IMG/VR virus record: IMGVR_UViG_3300025869_000014
Coordinates: 1-57,287 of that record
Reading direction: 5' to 3' (one strand)
Origin: a virus
Taxonomy: Duplodnaviria > Caudoviricetes
DNA: 57,287 nt
Below the pieces are notes generated by a model. It ran no database searches. It saw nothing but the letters and a program-made list of their open reading frames with translations, and was not told the origin of the DNA. The position numbers and the translations under genes are program-made. Shown here piece after piece: positions 47,602 to 57,287 of the stretch; positions within the stretch are counted from its first letter, which is position 1; each line of letters opens with the position of its first letter.

Positions 47602-50585
47602 GCGGGTAACACTCCTCCTATGCTCATTGGCGCTGGCTGTCTTAACGTTCCAGTTCTTTCTTGTCGAACTCTATCAAGCATCTGATCAAGCTCGCCAACA
47701 CCAGCATCGGTACTACCATCTCCTAAGCCAGAAACAACATCAGCAGGAATAATGTATTCACCGGGACTAACAGCTACAGGCTGGCTATTTCCTATCATAC
47801 CCGGAACCATGTCATCCATCCCGCCTCCTGCTCCAATAATTTCTCCTTGTTTTTGAGAGCCGGGAACAATTTCTTCTAATACTTTTTCTCTAAGTATTTG
47901 AAAAGCTTCTGGGCCAAATTGATCAACAAAGCTAGCAATTATCGCACTAGACTCTTCTTCGCTTAATTGACCGGATATTGCTTGTACTGCACGTTCAATA
48001 AGTAATTGACCATTTGCTTCTGCTGTTTCATTCATTGGCATAGATTCAAACTCTCCACCTTCTGCCATTAATTTCCTTAGTTTACCTTCCGATTTATACC
48101 CGCCTCTTCCTTTTTTTGTTTGACGAGGAGGAGCCGAAGAATTTTCTTTTACAGGCTGTCTTGAAGAAGGTGCCGGAGTTTTAAAAGCTCTCAATGCTTC
48201 TAAGTCTATATCACCAGATCCTTTGTATACCTTGGGGCCAGCAGTGCCAAGTCCATCTGGGCCTATTCCTCTACCACCCAAAGTTCCAATCATATCGTTA
48301 ACTGGAGAATTAATGCTTGGAGGGGGAGAAACGGCAACAGGTGGAGGTGGCATCATAGGCATTGGTGCAGGCTGAGGAATAGGTGGCGGTGTCATTGGTG
48401 CAGGCTGACGAATAGGTGGAGCAGGTGGCATCATTGGCGCAGGTGGAGGTGCAACAGCAACAGGTGGAACAACTGGCGCTTGTATCGGAGGAATAACTGG
48501 CGCTGAAACAGGTGAAGGCTGCTGCATAAGCGAAGCAATACCTTCTCTTTCCTCAAACCTTGGCATAGGCATTGGCGATACTGGAGGTGCCAAGGTATAC
48601 ATTGTGTCTGGGTTATTAGATTTTCCGAGGGCTTGAGAAATATCTGACAGCTCATTAGGAGCCGTCATTGGTGGAGGTACTGGCACTTGAACAGGTGAAA
48701 TGATCGGTGGAGATGCTATTGGTGCAGGTGCGGGTGCAGGTGCAGAAGCGGAACGCCTCGCTGCATTTATTTTTCTAACCCGCTCATTATTAAAATCATA
48801 AGCATTATTCCTAGCATTTAAAAATGAGGCTTCATCTAAAAATCCTTCTGAGCCAAAACTTTGAACCATGCTCCCGTCATCATTATAAGAAACAGCATAA
48901 GGTTCAAAATTATCATTTGTCGATACTGGTGCAGGCGGAATAATCGGTGGTGGTGCAACAGCGACAGGTGGAGGCATTATTGGTGCAGGCTGGGGTGCCA
49001 TTGGCGGAGGTGGAGGTGCAACAGCAACAGGTGGAGGAGTATTATTCCCCACAGTTCTCGTTGTTTCAGCCAAGATGTCATCGTAATTAATTGAAGGCTC
49101 ATTTCCTATGCCTTCAGAAACATTGTAATTATACTGAGGATTCACTGGTGATTGGGCGGAAGCTTCTTGATTATTTAGTACTTGATCAATAGATCCGACT
49201 GTTGCATTGCCTTCTGGGGTAGATAAATAATCACTAATTTGTTGATTAAATCCACCAAGACCTAGCTGAGAAAGATCTAAGTTAGAAAAATCAACACCAG
49301 ACAAATCAACTCCATAATTAGAATCTCCAGTAGGTTCTAAAATAATATCTTCTGGGCTTTCTGGAGTTCTTTTTGGAAAATAATTTATCTCAGCATCAAA
49401 ACCGGGGCGAGTTCCTTGAAGTTCCGCTGAAGAAATAGCTTTTGGGCCTCTGATTCCAGATTGTCTTTGTGCAGACCCAAAACTTCCAACTGGCCCAGAG
49501 TTTCCAAAGTTTAAGTTATTAAATATTTCACCACCAGTAAACATTTGAACAGCGCCGCCAGCTAATTGCTGCAATCCTTTAACACTTTCTGCGTAATGGT
49601 TAGGGTCTATCGAGGTCACACCCCCCATTGAATATCTTGGAATTTGGTAATCTTTGTAAGCGTAATCACTTTCTAACTGATCGTAAGCACCGCTCATATT
49701 GCCAAGAGCCCTTTGATACTCAGCTTCACGATCTCGTTCAAATCTTTTGTTGTCTTCTTCAGCAAGCTCTCTTGCTTCAATTTCTGCTATTTTCCCTTCT
49801 CCAACCCCAACAGCGGCCAAGTTAGCTGGCTTCATTAAAGCTTTGCCAAAAGCTCCGGGCTGTTTGAACGGAGCAAGAAATCTATCCCCTGCAGTTTGAT
49901 CTAATCTGAGAGAATCAATCTGACCTGAAAGGTCTGCTACCTTTGCATTTGCTGCATTTTTAATTCCTTCTGCACTAGTAGAAGATATTGCTGGAGACAT
50001 TTGCAATGCTTGATTTGTTGCCGATCCTGTAATCGAGCTTGTTCCTACGTTACCTGCATTCTTTATTGCTTCGGCTACAGGGTCTGCAACTTCTCCTGCA
50101 GTCAATGCTAAGTTTTTGCCAGCTTCTGCAGCAGCTGTTGATGCATCTCCTAATGCTGCTGTAGCGTCAATTATTTCTGGGTTTAATGCATCTCCAGCAG
50201 CGCCTAAAACTTGACCCAAACCAAAACCAGTAATGCCAGAAAGCAATCCTTTTTTAAGATCTCCTGTTACAGCAGTAGTAGCAAGGCCAGAGCCAATAGC
50301 ACCTGCTGCTGCAGAACTTAATCCAGCTCCACCTAATATGCCGCCTAAAGTTGATCCAGCAAGCAACGAAGATCCAAACATGCTACCTAATATTGGCGCT
50401 AAAAATGGCAAGAAGGCTTCTGGCTGTCCCGTTACAGGATTAATTGTTAGCTTTCCTGTTGGAGACAAAGCTGCTATCCCTTGCACTTCTGCAGGGTTCA
50501 TGTGAACTAGCATACTGTCGCCATAACGACCATAGCGAGCCATATCCTCAGCTCTTGCCTGTAAAGGCGGTTGATTTTGATACAT
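47598..50585 (-). CDS. Internal virion protein, Pro-rich
   Basis: 995 aa; GRYGDSMLVHMNP...NPVTGQPEAF N-terminus; G.GGGMDD...SPGEYIIPADVVSGLGDGS C-terminus. Confidence 0.65.
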   Translation of the reverse strand: MYQNQPPLQARAEDMARYGRYGDSMLVHMNPAEVQGIAALSPTGKLTINPVTGQPEAFLPFLAPILGSMFGSSLLAGSTLGGILGGAGLSSAAAGAIGSGLATTAVTGDLKKGLLSGITGFGLGQVLGAAGDALNPEIIDATAALGDASTAAAEAGKNLALTAGEVADPVAEAIKNAGNVGTSSITGSATNQALQMSPAISSTSAEGIKNAANAKVADLSGQIDSLRLDQTAGDRFLAPFKQPGAFGKALMKPANLAAVGVGEGKIAEIEARELAEEDNKRFERDREAEYQRALGNMSGAYDQLESDYAYKDYQIPRYSMGGVTSIDPNHYAESVKGLQQLAGGAVQMFTGGEIFNNLNFGNSGPVGSFGSAQRQSGIRGPKAISSAELQGTRPGFDAEINYFPKRTPESPEDIILEPTGDSNYGVDLSGVDFSNLDLSQLGLGGFNQQISDYLSTPEGNATVGSIDQVLNNQEASAQSPVNPQYNYNVSEGIGNEPSINYDDILAETTRTVGNNTPPPVAVAPPPPPMAPQPAPIMPPPVAVAPPPIIPPAPVSTNDNFEPYAVSYNDDGSMVQSFGSEGFLDEASFLNARNNAYDFNNERVRKINAARRSASAPAPAPAPIASPPIISPVQVPVPPPMTAPNELSDISQALGKSNNPDTMYTLAPPVSPMPMPRFEEREGIASLMQQPSPVSAPVIPPIQAPVVPPVAVAPPPAPMMPPAPPIRQPAPMTPPPIPQPAPMPMMPPPPVAVSPPPSINSPVNDMIGTLGGRGIGPDGLGTAGPKVYKGSGDIDLEALRAFKTPAPSSRQPVKENSSAPPRQTKKGRGGYKSEGKLRKLMAEGGEFESMPMNETAEANGQLLIERAVQAISGQLSEEESSAIIASFVDQFGPEAFQILREKVLEEIVPGSQKQGEIIGAGGGMDDMVPGMIGNSQPVAVSPGEYIIPADVVSGLGDGSTDAGVGELDQMLDRVRQERTGTLRQPAPMSIGGVLPA

Positions 50586-50586
50586 A

Positions 50587-50916
50587 TTAACTAGTCTCCA
50601 CTCCGAACAAATTGAAAGATAAGTCAGCAGAACTTGCGTAAACCTTTACAACGTCCGTTTGATTAAGACACATACCAATAACCACTGTTTGTGTCGTATT
50701 ACCTGCTAAGGATTGATCGTAAAATAAATATTGTTTGTTGTCTGCAGAAGCTCCAGCTACATGAACAGACACTCTAAATGTTTGTGCCGAACCGCTTCTA
50801 TTACATATAACTAAAGAACTAATGGTTGTTTGAACTAAATTAGGAGCAGTATACAACGTTGTCGTTGTCGTTGCGCTAGGAGCTGATTGACCTAATACTG
50901 AGATTACGTCTGTCAA
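50587..50916 (-). CDS. Small tail protein
   Basis: 109 aa, TTLYTAP...ISSLVICN. Confidence 0.6.
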   Translation of the reverse strand: MTDVISVLGQSAPSATTTTTLYTAPNLVQTTISSLVICNRSGSAQTFRVSVHVAGASADNKQYLFYDQSLAGNTTQTVVIGMCLNQTDVVKVYASSADLSFNLFGVETS

Positions 50917-51110
50917 GATGCCCCCATTAGTAAGAATTGAAATCTTCTTACTGCTAAAGATCCGGTTTTATCGCCTTGCGTTTTTGCTAGCTCAACATCG
51001 TTTTCTAAAGTTTGAAAAGCAAACTCAATTGTTCTTCTTGTTATTGCCTCGTTTTCTCTAACATACTCTTCAGTTGGAACAGGAAGAGGAACCGTTCTTC
51101 TAGAAGCCAT
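50913..51110 (-). CDS. Small tail-region protein
   Basis: 65 aa, coupled to neighbours. Confidence 0.6.
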   Translation of the reverse strand: MASRRTVPLPVPTEEYVRENEAITRRTIEFAFQTLENDVELAKTQGDKTGSLAVRRFQFLLMGAS

Positions 51111-52960
51111 TACCTTCTCCCGTCTGGTTGCATGTCAAATCTTAAGTCCCCAAGTCTCCACCCATAGCCTGATCCTGTACTTTCAACCCTAACAATAGAA
51201 TGCCTTGCTCTATTCCTTACATAAGACTGAGTGCTGCTAGGGGTAACAACAGAGGTAGACAAAGTTGTTGCAGCTTCTAATGGAAAGTCGCTGCCTTTTA
51301 TAACTATATTGGCAGTCGCATCTGACTGATCACCGTTAAATGTAAAGTCAGGAATTATCCTGCTCATAAACATAAGGTATTCACCCTCAGCCATTTCTAA
51401 ATCGCCAGACTCTATGTATGCAGTCATAGCTTCTCCATCAGCATCGTAACCAACTTCCTGTTCATAAAGATAATTATTGCCTCCATCAATCGCCGTTGTT
51501 GCTAAAGGATATTGCCTAGTTGTTCCTCCAGCCCAAGCGCCTCTTGATAAAGTTCCGACTGACCACAAGTTTTCAGAGTAATTATAAGTAACGTAATTTG
51601 TTACTTCTGTGTCATCAGACCCTATAGGATAAAACCAAGTGACTTCATTGTAGTCATTGTTTTCTGCGGCAAAAACTTTATATGCCTGATCTTGATTTAA
51701 GTTAGAAAACACAAAGTCTTTTACCGAACAAGGTAATGGCTGCACAGATCCGTTGTAAACGTAAAAGTTTTTTCTGTCCATAAAGTAAACAGATCCCCTT
51801 GCATTAACAGCAGCATTAGGAGAAATCATAGAAACGTCAGAGCTAACTCTTGTAAATTCAAATATAAATGGAGCGCCAACAAACCTCATAGAGTGTAGGC
51901 TGACATCCGTCCATATTAATATTTCTTGTCTGGTTTGAACCGCGCCAACAATTAAAGACCCGGAGTTTATTCTTACACCACCAGCCGAATTGGTTGCGGT
52001 TGGAGTCCAATCAGCAACGTTTTCTTGATCTGAAAACCTAATAAAAAGAGGATCTATATTAGATGATCCAATAGGATTTACGCCAAAAGCTATTACATGC
52101 TGATCCGTATCAGATACCATGACTTGTAAGGCAACCGTAGGAACATTAGATGCTCCGCCAAGGCTGGTAATATTTACAGCTCTAGCACCTGTACCACTAG
52201 ATTCATCCCAATAATAAAGACCACCACCTCTAATATTGAACAGCAAATCTTCGCCAAAATTATCTTGACTCCACAGTCTAAGCTGACCAGCAGAAGATAC
52301 TGCGCTAGAGCTTCCCCATGTACCAAAGCCCCATGTGCCAGCACCCCAACCAGTACCACTAATAAAAGTATTTAATCCTGTGTTAATTTGATAAGCGCCA
52401 ACTGTGCTTGACCCACCGTTTCCTGTATCACTAGCGTTTGCAGAGACTGCATTTCCATCAACATCTTTAGCTGTGATTGTATAGGTGCTTGTTGTTGGCA
52501 CAGAAGCAATTTGATACTCCTGATTTAATACGGTTGCAGATATGTTTCCACCTAACGTTGCTGCATCTGTATAAGTAACAAAATCATTTACTACCGCTCC
52601 GTGCGCGGTGTCTGTAATAGTTAAGGTAGAAGAACCATTTACTGCTGCAAAAGTTACATCCCCGGCTGACGTTGTTAATCTAATCGGAGTAACATCATTA
52701 AAGCTACTACCTTCTGCCACATAAAATTTAAGATTAGTTCCAAGACCAATATACTTAATAGACTCCAATGAAGCCCAGTCATGTATTGATCGACAAACTC
52801 CTAAGAAATAATCTTCAGTAAATTTTCTCCATCCACCTATTTTTTCTGGACGACCTTTTCTAAATCTAATCTTGTCAGAGTCAAACCAACCAGAATCTGC
52901 TGAATACTCAGTCCCTTCCTTGTTAACGCCCGGAGCAAACTGTATTTTTGTTAACGGCAT
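51110..52960 (-). CDS. Tail/packaged-DNA stabilisation protein (P22 gp10-like)
   Basis: 616 aa MPLTKIQFAPG...DKIRFR...EKIGGW...IRFSDQE...WRLG...DGRR. Confidence 0.75.
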   Translation of the reverse strand: MPLTKIQFAPGVNKEGTEYSADSGWFDSDKIRFRKGRPEKIGGWRKFTEDYFLGVCRSIHDWASLESIKYIGLGTNLKFYVAEGSSFNDVTPIRLTTSAGDVTFAAVNGSSTLTITDTAHGAVVNDFVTYTDAATLGGNISATVLNQEYQIASVPTTSTYTITAKDVDGNAVSANASDTGNGGSSTVGAYQINTGLNTFISGTGWGAGTWGFGTWGSSSAVSSAGQLRLWSQDNFGEDLLFNIRGGGLYYWDESSGTGARAVNITSLGGASNVPTVALQVMVSDTDQHVIAFGVNPIGSSNIDPLFIRFSDQENVADWTPTATNSAGGVRINSGSLIVGAVQTRQEILIWTDVSLHSMRFVGAPFIFEFTRVSSDVSMISPNAAVNARGSVYFMDRKNFYVYNGSVQPLPCSVKDFVFSNLNQDQAYKVFAAENNDYNEVTWFYPIGSDDTEVTNYVTYNYSENLWSVGTLSRGAWAGGTTRQYPLATTAIDGGNNYLYEQEVGYDADGEAMTAYIESGDLEMAEGEYLMFMSRIIPDFTFNGDQSDATANIVIKGSDFPLEAATTLSTSVVTPSSTQSYVRNRARHSIVRVESTGSGYGWRLGDLRFDMQPDGRR

Positions 52961-52969
52961 TTTTTGTTC

Positions 52970-54019
52970 TCATTGATTTATATAAGAAGACAATACATCT
53001 TTATTAGGAAACGCGGTTTGCCCTCCGCCCATCATGCCTTTGCCCTGACTAGGATAATTACTAAAACTGTTAAAGCCTCCACCAAACCCCATTGAAGGTT
53101 GACTCTGATTTGAGGACGGCATCGTATTGCCTTTTCTTCCCGGACTATTAAATCCTCCGCCAAATCCCATTTGATTATACTGATTTGACAATGACGGAGG
53201 AGCCGACATAGCAGTTGTAGGCGCTGAGGTATACATTGTGTCTGCGTTATTAGAAAATGAATAATCGCCCGGATTTCTTGTATAGAGCAAAGCGTCTCTA
53301 GAAGAAATTCTTCCATCATTGTTCAAATCATATTGCATGTCCTCATCAATAAGTCCGGTAGACATTCTTAGTATGTTTTGAGAAATATCTGACTGCTCAT
53401 TAGTAGGTGTTATTGGTGGAGGTGTAGGTTGCATAGACGCATTAGGAGTCGGGACAGAAGCTGAACTAGGAGCGTTTGTTATTCTTGCCCCTGAATTAAA
53501 CATGCTGGAATTATAGGGCTGATAGTGAGGATTCTGGAACATGTTCAAATTTGAAGGAACACTCGATCCGCTAAATCTATAAGGATTAAATTGAGTTAAG
53601 TTGCTGGTCTGACCATAACCACGAGGCATCATTGGCTGTTGATAGCTAGGCATTCCCATTGGGCTTCCTTTTCTGCCCGGACTATTAAATCCAAAAGAAG
53701 GATATGTTGGCGAGCTAGGAGGTTGCGGGTAATAGCCTGTTGGCTGAGGCGCATTTCTTTGACCTTTCCTGCCGGGAGAAGGAAATCGAGGAGCTGGTTG
53801 CCTAGGCGGATAAAAAGGATCAGGCATACCCGGAGGCATCCTAGGTATTCCATAGGTAGGCTCTTGATATCTTTGATTTTGAGAGCTGCGCTGAAACAAG
53901 TTCTGCCTGTAGTTATTAATTCCGGGCTCTTGAAACATTCCGCCATACGAGCTATCTAATCCACGCAAAAAGTTGTCAGCAGAAAAGCTTCTGTTATTAA
54001 AAATAGGTCGTTGTGACAT
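52970..54019 (-). CDS. Low-complexity Pro/Gln/Ser/Gly protein with a dockerin/EF-hand-like motif
   Basis: 349 aa; SPGRKG x3; YDLNNDGRISSRDAL. Confidence 0.65.
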   Translation of the reverse strand: MSQRPIFNNRSFSADNFLRGLDSSYGGMFQEPGINNYRQNLFQRSSQNQRYQEPTYGIPRMPPGMPDPFYPPRQPAPRFPSPGRKGQRNAPQPTGYYPQPPSSPTYPSFGFNSPGRKGSPMGMPSYQQPMMPRGYGQTSNLTQFNPYRFSGSSVPSNLNMFQNPHYQPYNSSMFNSGARITNAPSSASVPTPNASMQPTPPPITPTNEQSDISQNILRMSTGLIDEDMQYDLNNDGRISSRDALLYTRNPGDYSFSNNADTMYTSAPTTAMSAPPSLSNQYNQMGFGGGFNSPGRKGNTMPSSNQSQPSMGFGGGFNSFSNYPSQGKGMMGGGQTAFPNKDVLSSYINQ

Positions 54020-54020
54020 G

Positions 54021-54446
54021 TTACCTCTCTTGGTACTCGCCAGATTTAATCATTTGACAAAGCTCTAACGCTCTATCTCCAACTTGCTTTGCCCATCTGC
54101 TGTCGTAAAATTCATCTCCAGCTTTTTCAAAATTGTTTTCAGCCATGTAAGCCAATGCTTTAACAAACCCTCTTAATCTTGTTTGCCCAATATTAAATGA
54201 CAAATCTATAAGAGCTTCTTTTCTTACCATATCTAAAGTGTTAAACCAAAAGTATTCTTTAGACAGCTCTTCTCGGCATCTGTTGATGTCGTTGTTTAGC
54301 ATGTAATCTATTTCATCATCTGAAATACCAAGCCCAGATTCAGATATGTTTCTGCCAACACCAATGGTCTCGTATCCGGCGGAACACATGTAGACTTTGT
54401 CCCTAACTCCTTCATGCCTTCTGAGCATTTTTATCAATCTATTCAT
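54021..54446 (-). CDS. Endolysin, GH24 lysozyme
   Basis: HEG...Y.C..GY.TIGVG...FNIG...DSRWAKQVG.RA. Confidence 0.9.
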   Translation of the reverse strand: MNRLIKMLRRHEGVRDKVYMCSAGYETIGVGRNISESGLGISDDEIDYMLNNDINRCREELSKEYFWFNTLDMVRKEALIDLSFNIGQTRLRGFVKALAYMAENNFEKAGDEFYDSRWAKQVGDRALELCQMIKSGEYQER

Positions 54447-54919
54447 TTTTCATGCTTATGTGACGCGCCGTAATAAAAGCTAATGATCGATGAAACGATA
54501 CCTCCCAAATAACCCAGCACAAGATTTACAATACCGTCATCATTTGCAGCAGGATCTTGCAAAGTAACCAATGCAATGTATCCACCAAAAAATAAAACAC
54601 AAGCTACCGCAATAAACTTTGGAGTCCAATCTCCTTTAAAGGCAGACCTAGCATGCTGAATGTCTTCTGTTTCTAGCGCAAAAACATCTACATCTAGTTT
54701 TTTCATCTGAACCTGAAAATCAAGCTCGGCTTTTTTAAGCTCAGCAAGTTGCTCAGGCGTTGCTGCCTGCACTGCATGAACAATACTTTTCTCATCAGGA
54801 TTGCAGCCAAGAACGCTAGCAATTGTTTGAGCTGCTGCCCCGCCTAAAGGCCCGCCCAAAGCTTGCCCAATAGTAGGAGCTACTGCGCCAATCAGTCCTT
54901 TAATCGCTTTAAGATTCAT
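54443..54919 (-). CDS. Holin-like membrane protein
   Basis: APTIGQALGGPLGG N-terminus, two TM segments, SFYYG; adjacent to lysozyme. Confidence 0.65.
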   Translation of the reverse strand: MNLKAIKGLIGAVAPTIGQALGGPLGGAAAQTIASVLGCNPDEKSIVHAVQAATPEQLAELKKAELDFQVQMKKLDVDVFALETEDIQHARSAFKGDWTPKFIAVACVLFFGGYIALVTLQDPAANDDGIVNLVLGYLGGIVSSIISFYYGASHKHEK

Positions 54920-55116
54920 TTAGCTAACACCAAGCCAACAATGGCAACAAGAGAAGCTATCATTACAGGGTATATTCCCCAAATCATATTTTCTAACTTA
55001 TCAAATCTTTTTCTTCCAGAATCAAGTCTTTCATGGATTGAGTCATACCGCAAAACGCACTCACGTTCATGAAGCTCTATTTTCTGCAACGCTTTGCTAG
55101 CATGAGTCTGAGCCAT
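54916..55116 (-). CDS. Small membrane protein of the lysis cassette
   Basis: HERECVLRY coil plus C-terminal TM segment. Confidence 0.6.
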   Translation of the reverse strand: MAQTHASKALQKIELHERECVLRYDSIHERLDSGRKRFDKLENMIWGIYPVMIASLVAIVGLVLAK

Positions 55117-55379
55117 TAGCTTGCTTCCGATTCTATTTCATCTTCTTCAATTACTTTTATCGATTCCCGCAAAGCATTCTCGCGAAACCCAAGAGCAACT
55201 TGTAAATTTAAAGCTTGCTGTTGAGCTGCATTTATTTGATTATGCAACTGACTAACTTGATTTCTAAGATTAATTACCTCAACATAATGAGTCTTAGAAT
55301 CATCTCTAAGATCGTTTACCTTATATTCTTGATCATCAATAGTTAAGGTTGCTTCTTGTATTTCTGCTTGTTCGGTCAT
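55116..55379 (-). CDS. Coiled-coil hypothetical protein
   Basis: 87 aa, AGGAG SD. Confidence 0.65.
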   Translation of the reverse strand: MTEQAEIQEATLTIDDQEYKVNDLRDDSKTHYVEVINLRNQVSQLHNQINAAQQQALNLQVALGFRENALRESIKVIEEDEIESEAS

Positions 55380-55458
55380 AACTTCTCCTAGGTTTATTTT
55401 AAAGTCTAATCATTCTGCCATTATTTTTAACAAGTTTCATCTTGTCTTGTGTTTTTTG

Positions 55459-55914
55459 TTACTTCTTAAACAACAAAATGATAGTCCCAAGTATAACGCC
55501 AAATCCAATAATTCCTGCCGTGAACGCAACGCCAAGTTGTTTGGCAAAAGCAATGTTCTTACGCCTGCGGATCAACGCTATCCTTATTTGCTTTTCATGT
55601 TCCAAGCGACTCTCTTCGACCCTGTTCATCATTTCTTTATAATCAGCCCCTAAGCCCGCCATTGTGAATTGATCTTTGAGCTGCTGGTTAAACATTTTCA
55701 ATTGCCGTTTTGCCATCGTTATCTGTAACGATTCTTTCACTGACAGCCTACCAACATATTTACTTTCTACATCTTGGATGGTTTCGTTAGCTTTGCTATA
55801 CCGTTCCATGACAGAAGATATATCACTAGCATGCCCGCCAGCTTCTTTTAAAGCGCCTATCGCGTCATTTAGCCCCTTGACAACCGATATAACTGTAGCT
55901 ATTTCGGCAATCAT
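55459..55914 (-). CDS. Membrane-anchored hypothetical protein
   Basis: Start MIAEIA at 55914 (TAATG overlap); C-terminal TM segment. Confidence 0.65.
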   Translation of the reverse strand: MIAEIATVISVVKGLNDAIGALKEAGGHASDISSVMERYSKANETIQDVESKYVGRLSVKESLQITMAKRQLKMFNQQLKDQFTMAGLGADYKEMMNRVEESRLEHEKQIRIALIRRRKNIAFAKQLGVAFTAGIIGFGVILGTIILLFKK

Positions 55915-56063
55915 TAGTCTTTCTTGTTCCATAGCTCAAAGAGCATCTTTACCTTCTCTTTGATAGTCTCTATATCGCCATGCATCTTAGCCAGCACTAT
56001 GACCAACGTAACAAAGCCCACCGCTATCGGCCACATTGTATTTACAAGGTCTAGTGCTTCCAT
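55914..56063 (-). CDS. Small membrane protein (49 aa)
   Basis: MEALDLVNTMWPIAVGFVTLVIVLAKMH...; below the track cutoff. Confidence 0.55.
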   Translation of the reverse strand: MEALDLVNTMWPIAVGFVTLVIVLAKMHGDIETIKEKVKMLFELWNKKD

Positions 56064-56075
56064 GCTCTTTAATAA

Positions 56076-56324
56076 CTAGGCAGCTTCAGCAGCAGCAATA
56101 GCAGCATTGATTGCGGACATATCTTCGCTGCCCCAATCGTCGAGTGCTACACCTGCTGACAGATAACCGGAGCTACGCATAACGCGCTCTTTCACTTCTT
56201 CGTCTGTCATGTCGTCGCAAAAGTCGTTGTCTGCGTCTAAAGCATTGGTGATAACGCTAACGCTGCCAAGCATTGCGCTGTACATTTGTGCTTTTTCTTC
56301 TGCTGTTCGTTCTATTTCGCTCAT
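56076..56324 (-). CDS. Acidic small protein, possible tail-fibre assembly factor (paralog 2)
   Basis: 82 aa, RT.EE...AM..S...DDWGSE. Confidence 0.6.
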   Translation of the reverse strand: MSEIERTAEEKAQMYSAMLGSVSVITNALDADNDFCDDMTDEEVKERVMRSSGYLSAGVALDDWGSEDMSAINAAIAAAEAA

Positions 56325-56569
56325 GATGCTGTGTATCCTTTTCCTGCGCTAATAGCTGCGTCAGTAGCTGTAAAACTTTCGCTACCCCAATCGTCTTTAG
56401 CTTTCATAAGTTCAAGGTGGGCTACATTTCTGTCAACACAATCCTGCCTGTCTGCGGCTTCTTCATCTGCCATAGCGTCTCCTGCGATTACGTCTGTGAT
56501 TAGACTAATGCTGTGACCCATTGCCGTGAAGTCTGCGGCACATTCTTCTGATGTTCTATCTTCGCTCAT
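56321..56569 (-). CDS. Acidic small protein, possible tail-fibre assembly factor (paralog 1)
   Basis: 82 aa, directly after the fibre gene. Confidence 0.6.
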   Translation of the reverse strand: MSEDRTSEECAADFTAMGHSISLITDVIAGDAMADEEAADRQDCVDRNVAHLELMKAKDDWGSESFTATDAAISAGKGYTAS

Positions 56570-56575
56570 AGTTGT

Positions 56576-57287
56576 TTATCCTTCTAAGGTTGTGATTCTT
56601 GCTGTTAATGATTCAATCAAGGCTTGCTGCTCTTGGATTGCTTTGACTAGGATGGGTATTAAGGCAGCTTCTGCTACTTCCTGAGAGCCATCTTCTCTAT
56701 CGTCCCATAGTCTAAAGCCGTCTTTAATGCTGTCATCTGCATCTATAGCTGCTTTGACTTCTTGGGCTATAAAGCCGTGGTTGGTGTCAGAGTTTTTAAA
56801 GACTTCGGTTGAGTCAGCTTTGTAAGCTCTAAAGGTTTCAGGTAGTTCGCCAAGTGTCTTGTACTTAAAGGTACGAGGCTGTAGAGCGTTAATAAAGCTA
56901 AGACCTGCTGTAGAGTCTGTGATGTCTTTCTTGTAGCGTTCGTCAGATACTGCGGCCCATGTTGCTGTACCATGTGCGGCTCTAATGTCATTAGCATCAA
57001 TACCAAGAGTTGTAAACCCTGCACCTGCTACAATGTTAAAACCTAAGCCTATGCAGTTGTTACTACCTGCGGCTTCAGCTTCAACCTGTGCGCCTATAAG
57101 AGTGTTTTGAGTCCCGCTTGTAACATTATCACCTGCAAGACCACCCACGAATGTGTTGTTTACGCCTGTGGTTACTGCGGCTCCTGCTGTATACCCCACG
57201 GCTGTGTTAAAAGAATCTGTAGCTGATGTAAAGTTTTGCGCTTCTAAAGCGCCTACACCAATCGCTGTTGTTTTACTTCCTAATGTA
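56576..57287 (-). CDS. Tail fibre C-terminal part with Peptidase S74 intramolecular chaperone
   Basis: SDERYKKDI...L.P..F.Y...GFIAQEV...LVKAIQE; continuation of the 1-5213 frame. Confidence 0.9.
   Translation of the reverse strand, partial: TLGSKTTAIGVGALEAQNFTSATDSFNTAVGYTAGAAVTTGVNNTFVGGLAGDNVTSGTQNTLIGAQVEAEAAGSNNCIGLGFNIVAGAGFTTLGIDANDIRAAHGTATWAAVSDERYKKDITDSTAGLSFINALQPRTFKYKTLGELPETFRAYKADSTEVFKNSDTNHGFIAQEVKAAIDADDSIKDGFRLWDDREDGSQEVAEAALIPILVKAIQEQQALIESLTARITTLEG

Overview
The window is an essentially complete, circularly permuted genome (about 56.8-57.1 kb) of a tailed dsDNA phage with podovirus-like architecture. No integrase, repressor, DNA polymerase, tRNA or CRISPR array was recognised. 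The minus strand carries TerS, TerL, portal, GroES, scaffold, a Mu-gpT-like major capsid protein, head-tail adaptors, a tail fibre of about 1,900 aa (17-aa repeats plus S74 chaperone) that spans the contig ends, lysis genes, a tail stabilisation protein and internal/ejection proteins including a 2,584-aa polyvalent protein. The plus strand carries an early operon (MoxR-type AAA, DUF3150-like, DUF2201/vWA) and a recombination operon (PD-(D/E)XK nuclease, Sak/DUF1071, SSB-like, NinB, DUF1364, SutA-like). Primase-helicase and RusA lie on the minus strand between them. The main unusual signals are: (1) a 1,193-aa putative ejection protein with two unrelated repeat arrays (10x27 aa and 10x54 aa) whose variant units match in mirror order around a central core; (2) a type I hammerhead ribozyme directly upstream of the AAA gene; (3) contig ends that capture two in-frame length alleles of the tail fibre; (4) a duplicated early promoter that would drive a small RNA of about 63 nt; (5) covarying tandem RNA hairpins over the groES RBS and a structured, parS-like leader after the capsid gene; (6) apparently complete absence of CCWGG. 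Family assignments come from motif recognition by eye, not from database searches.
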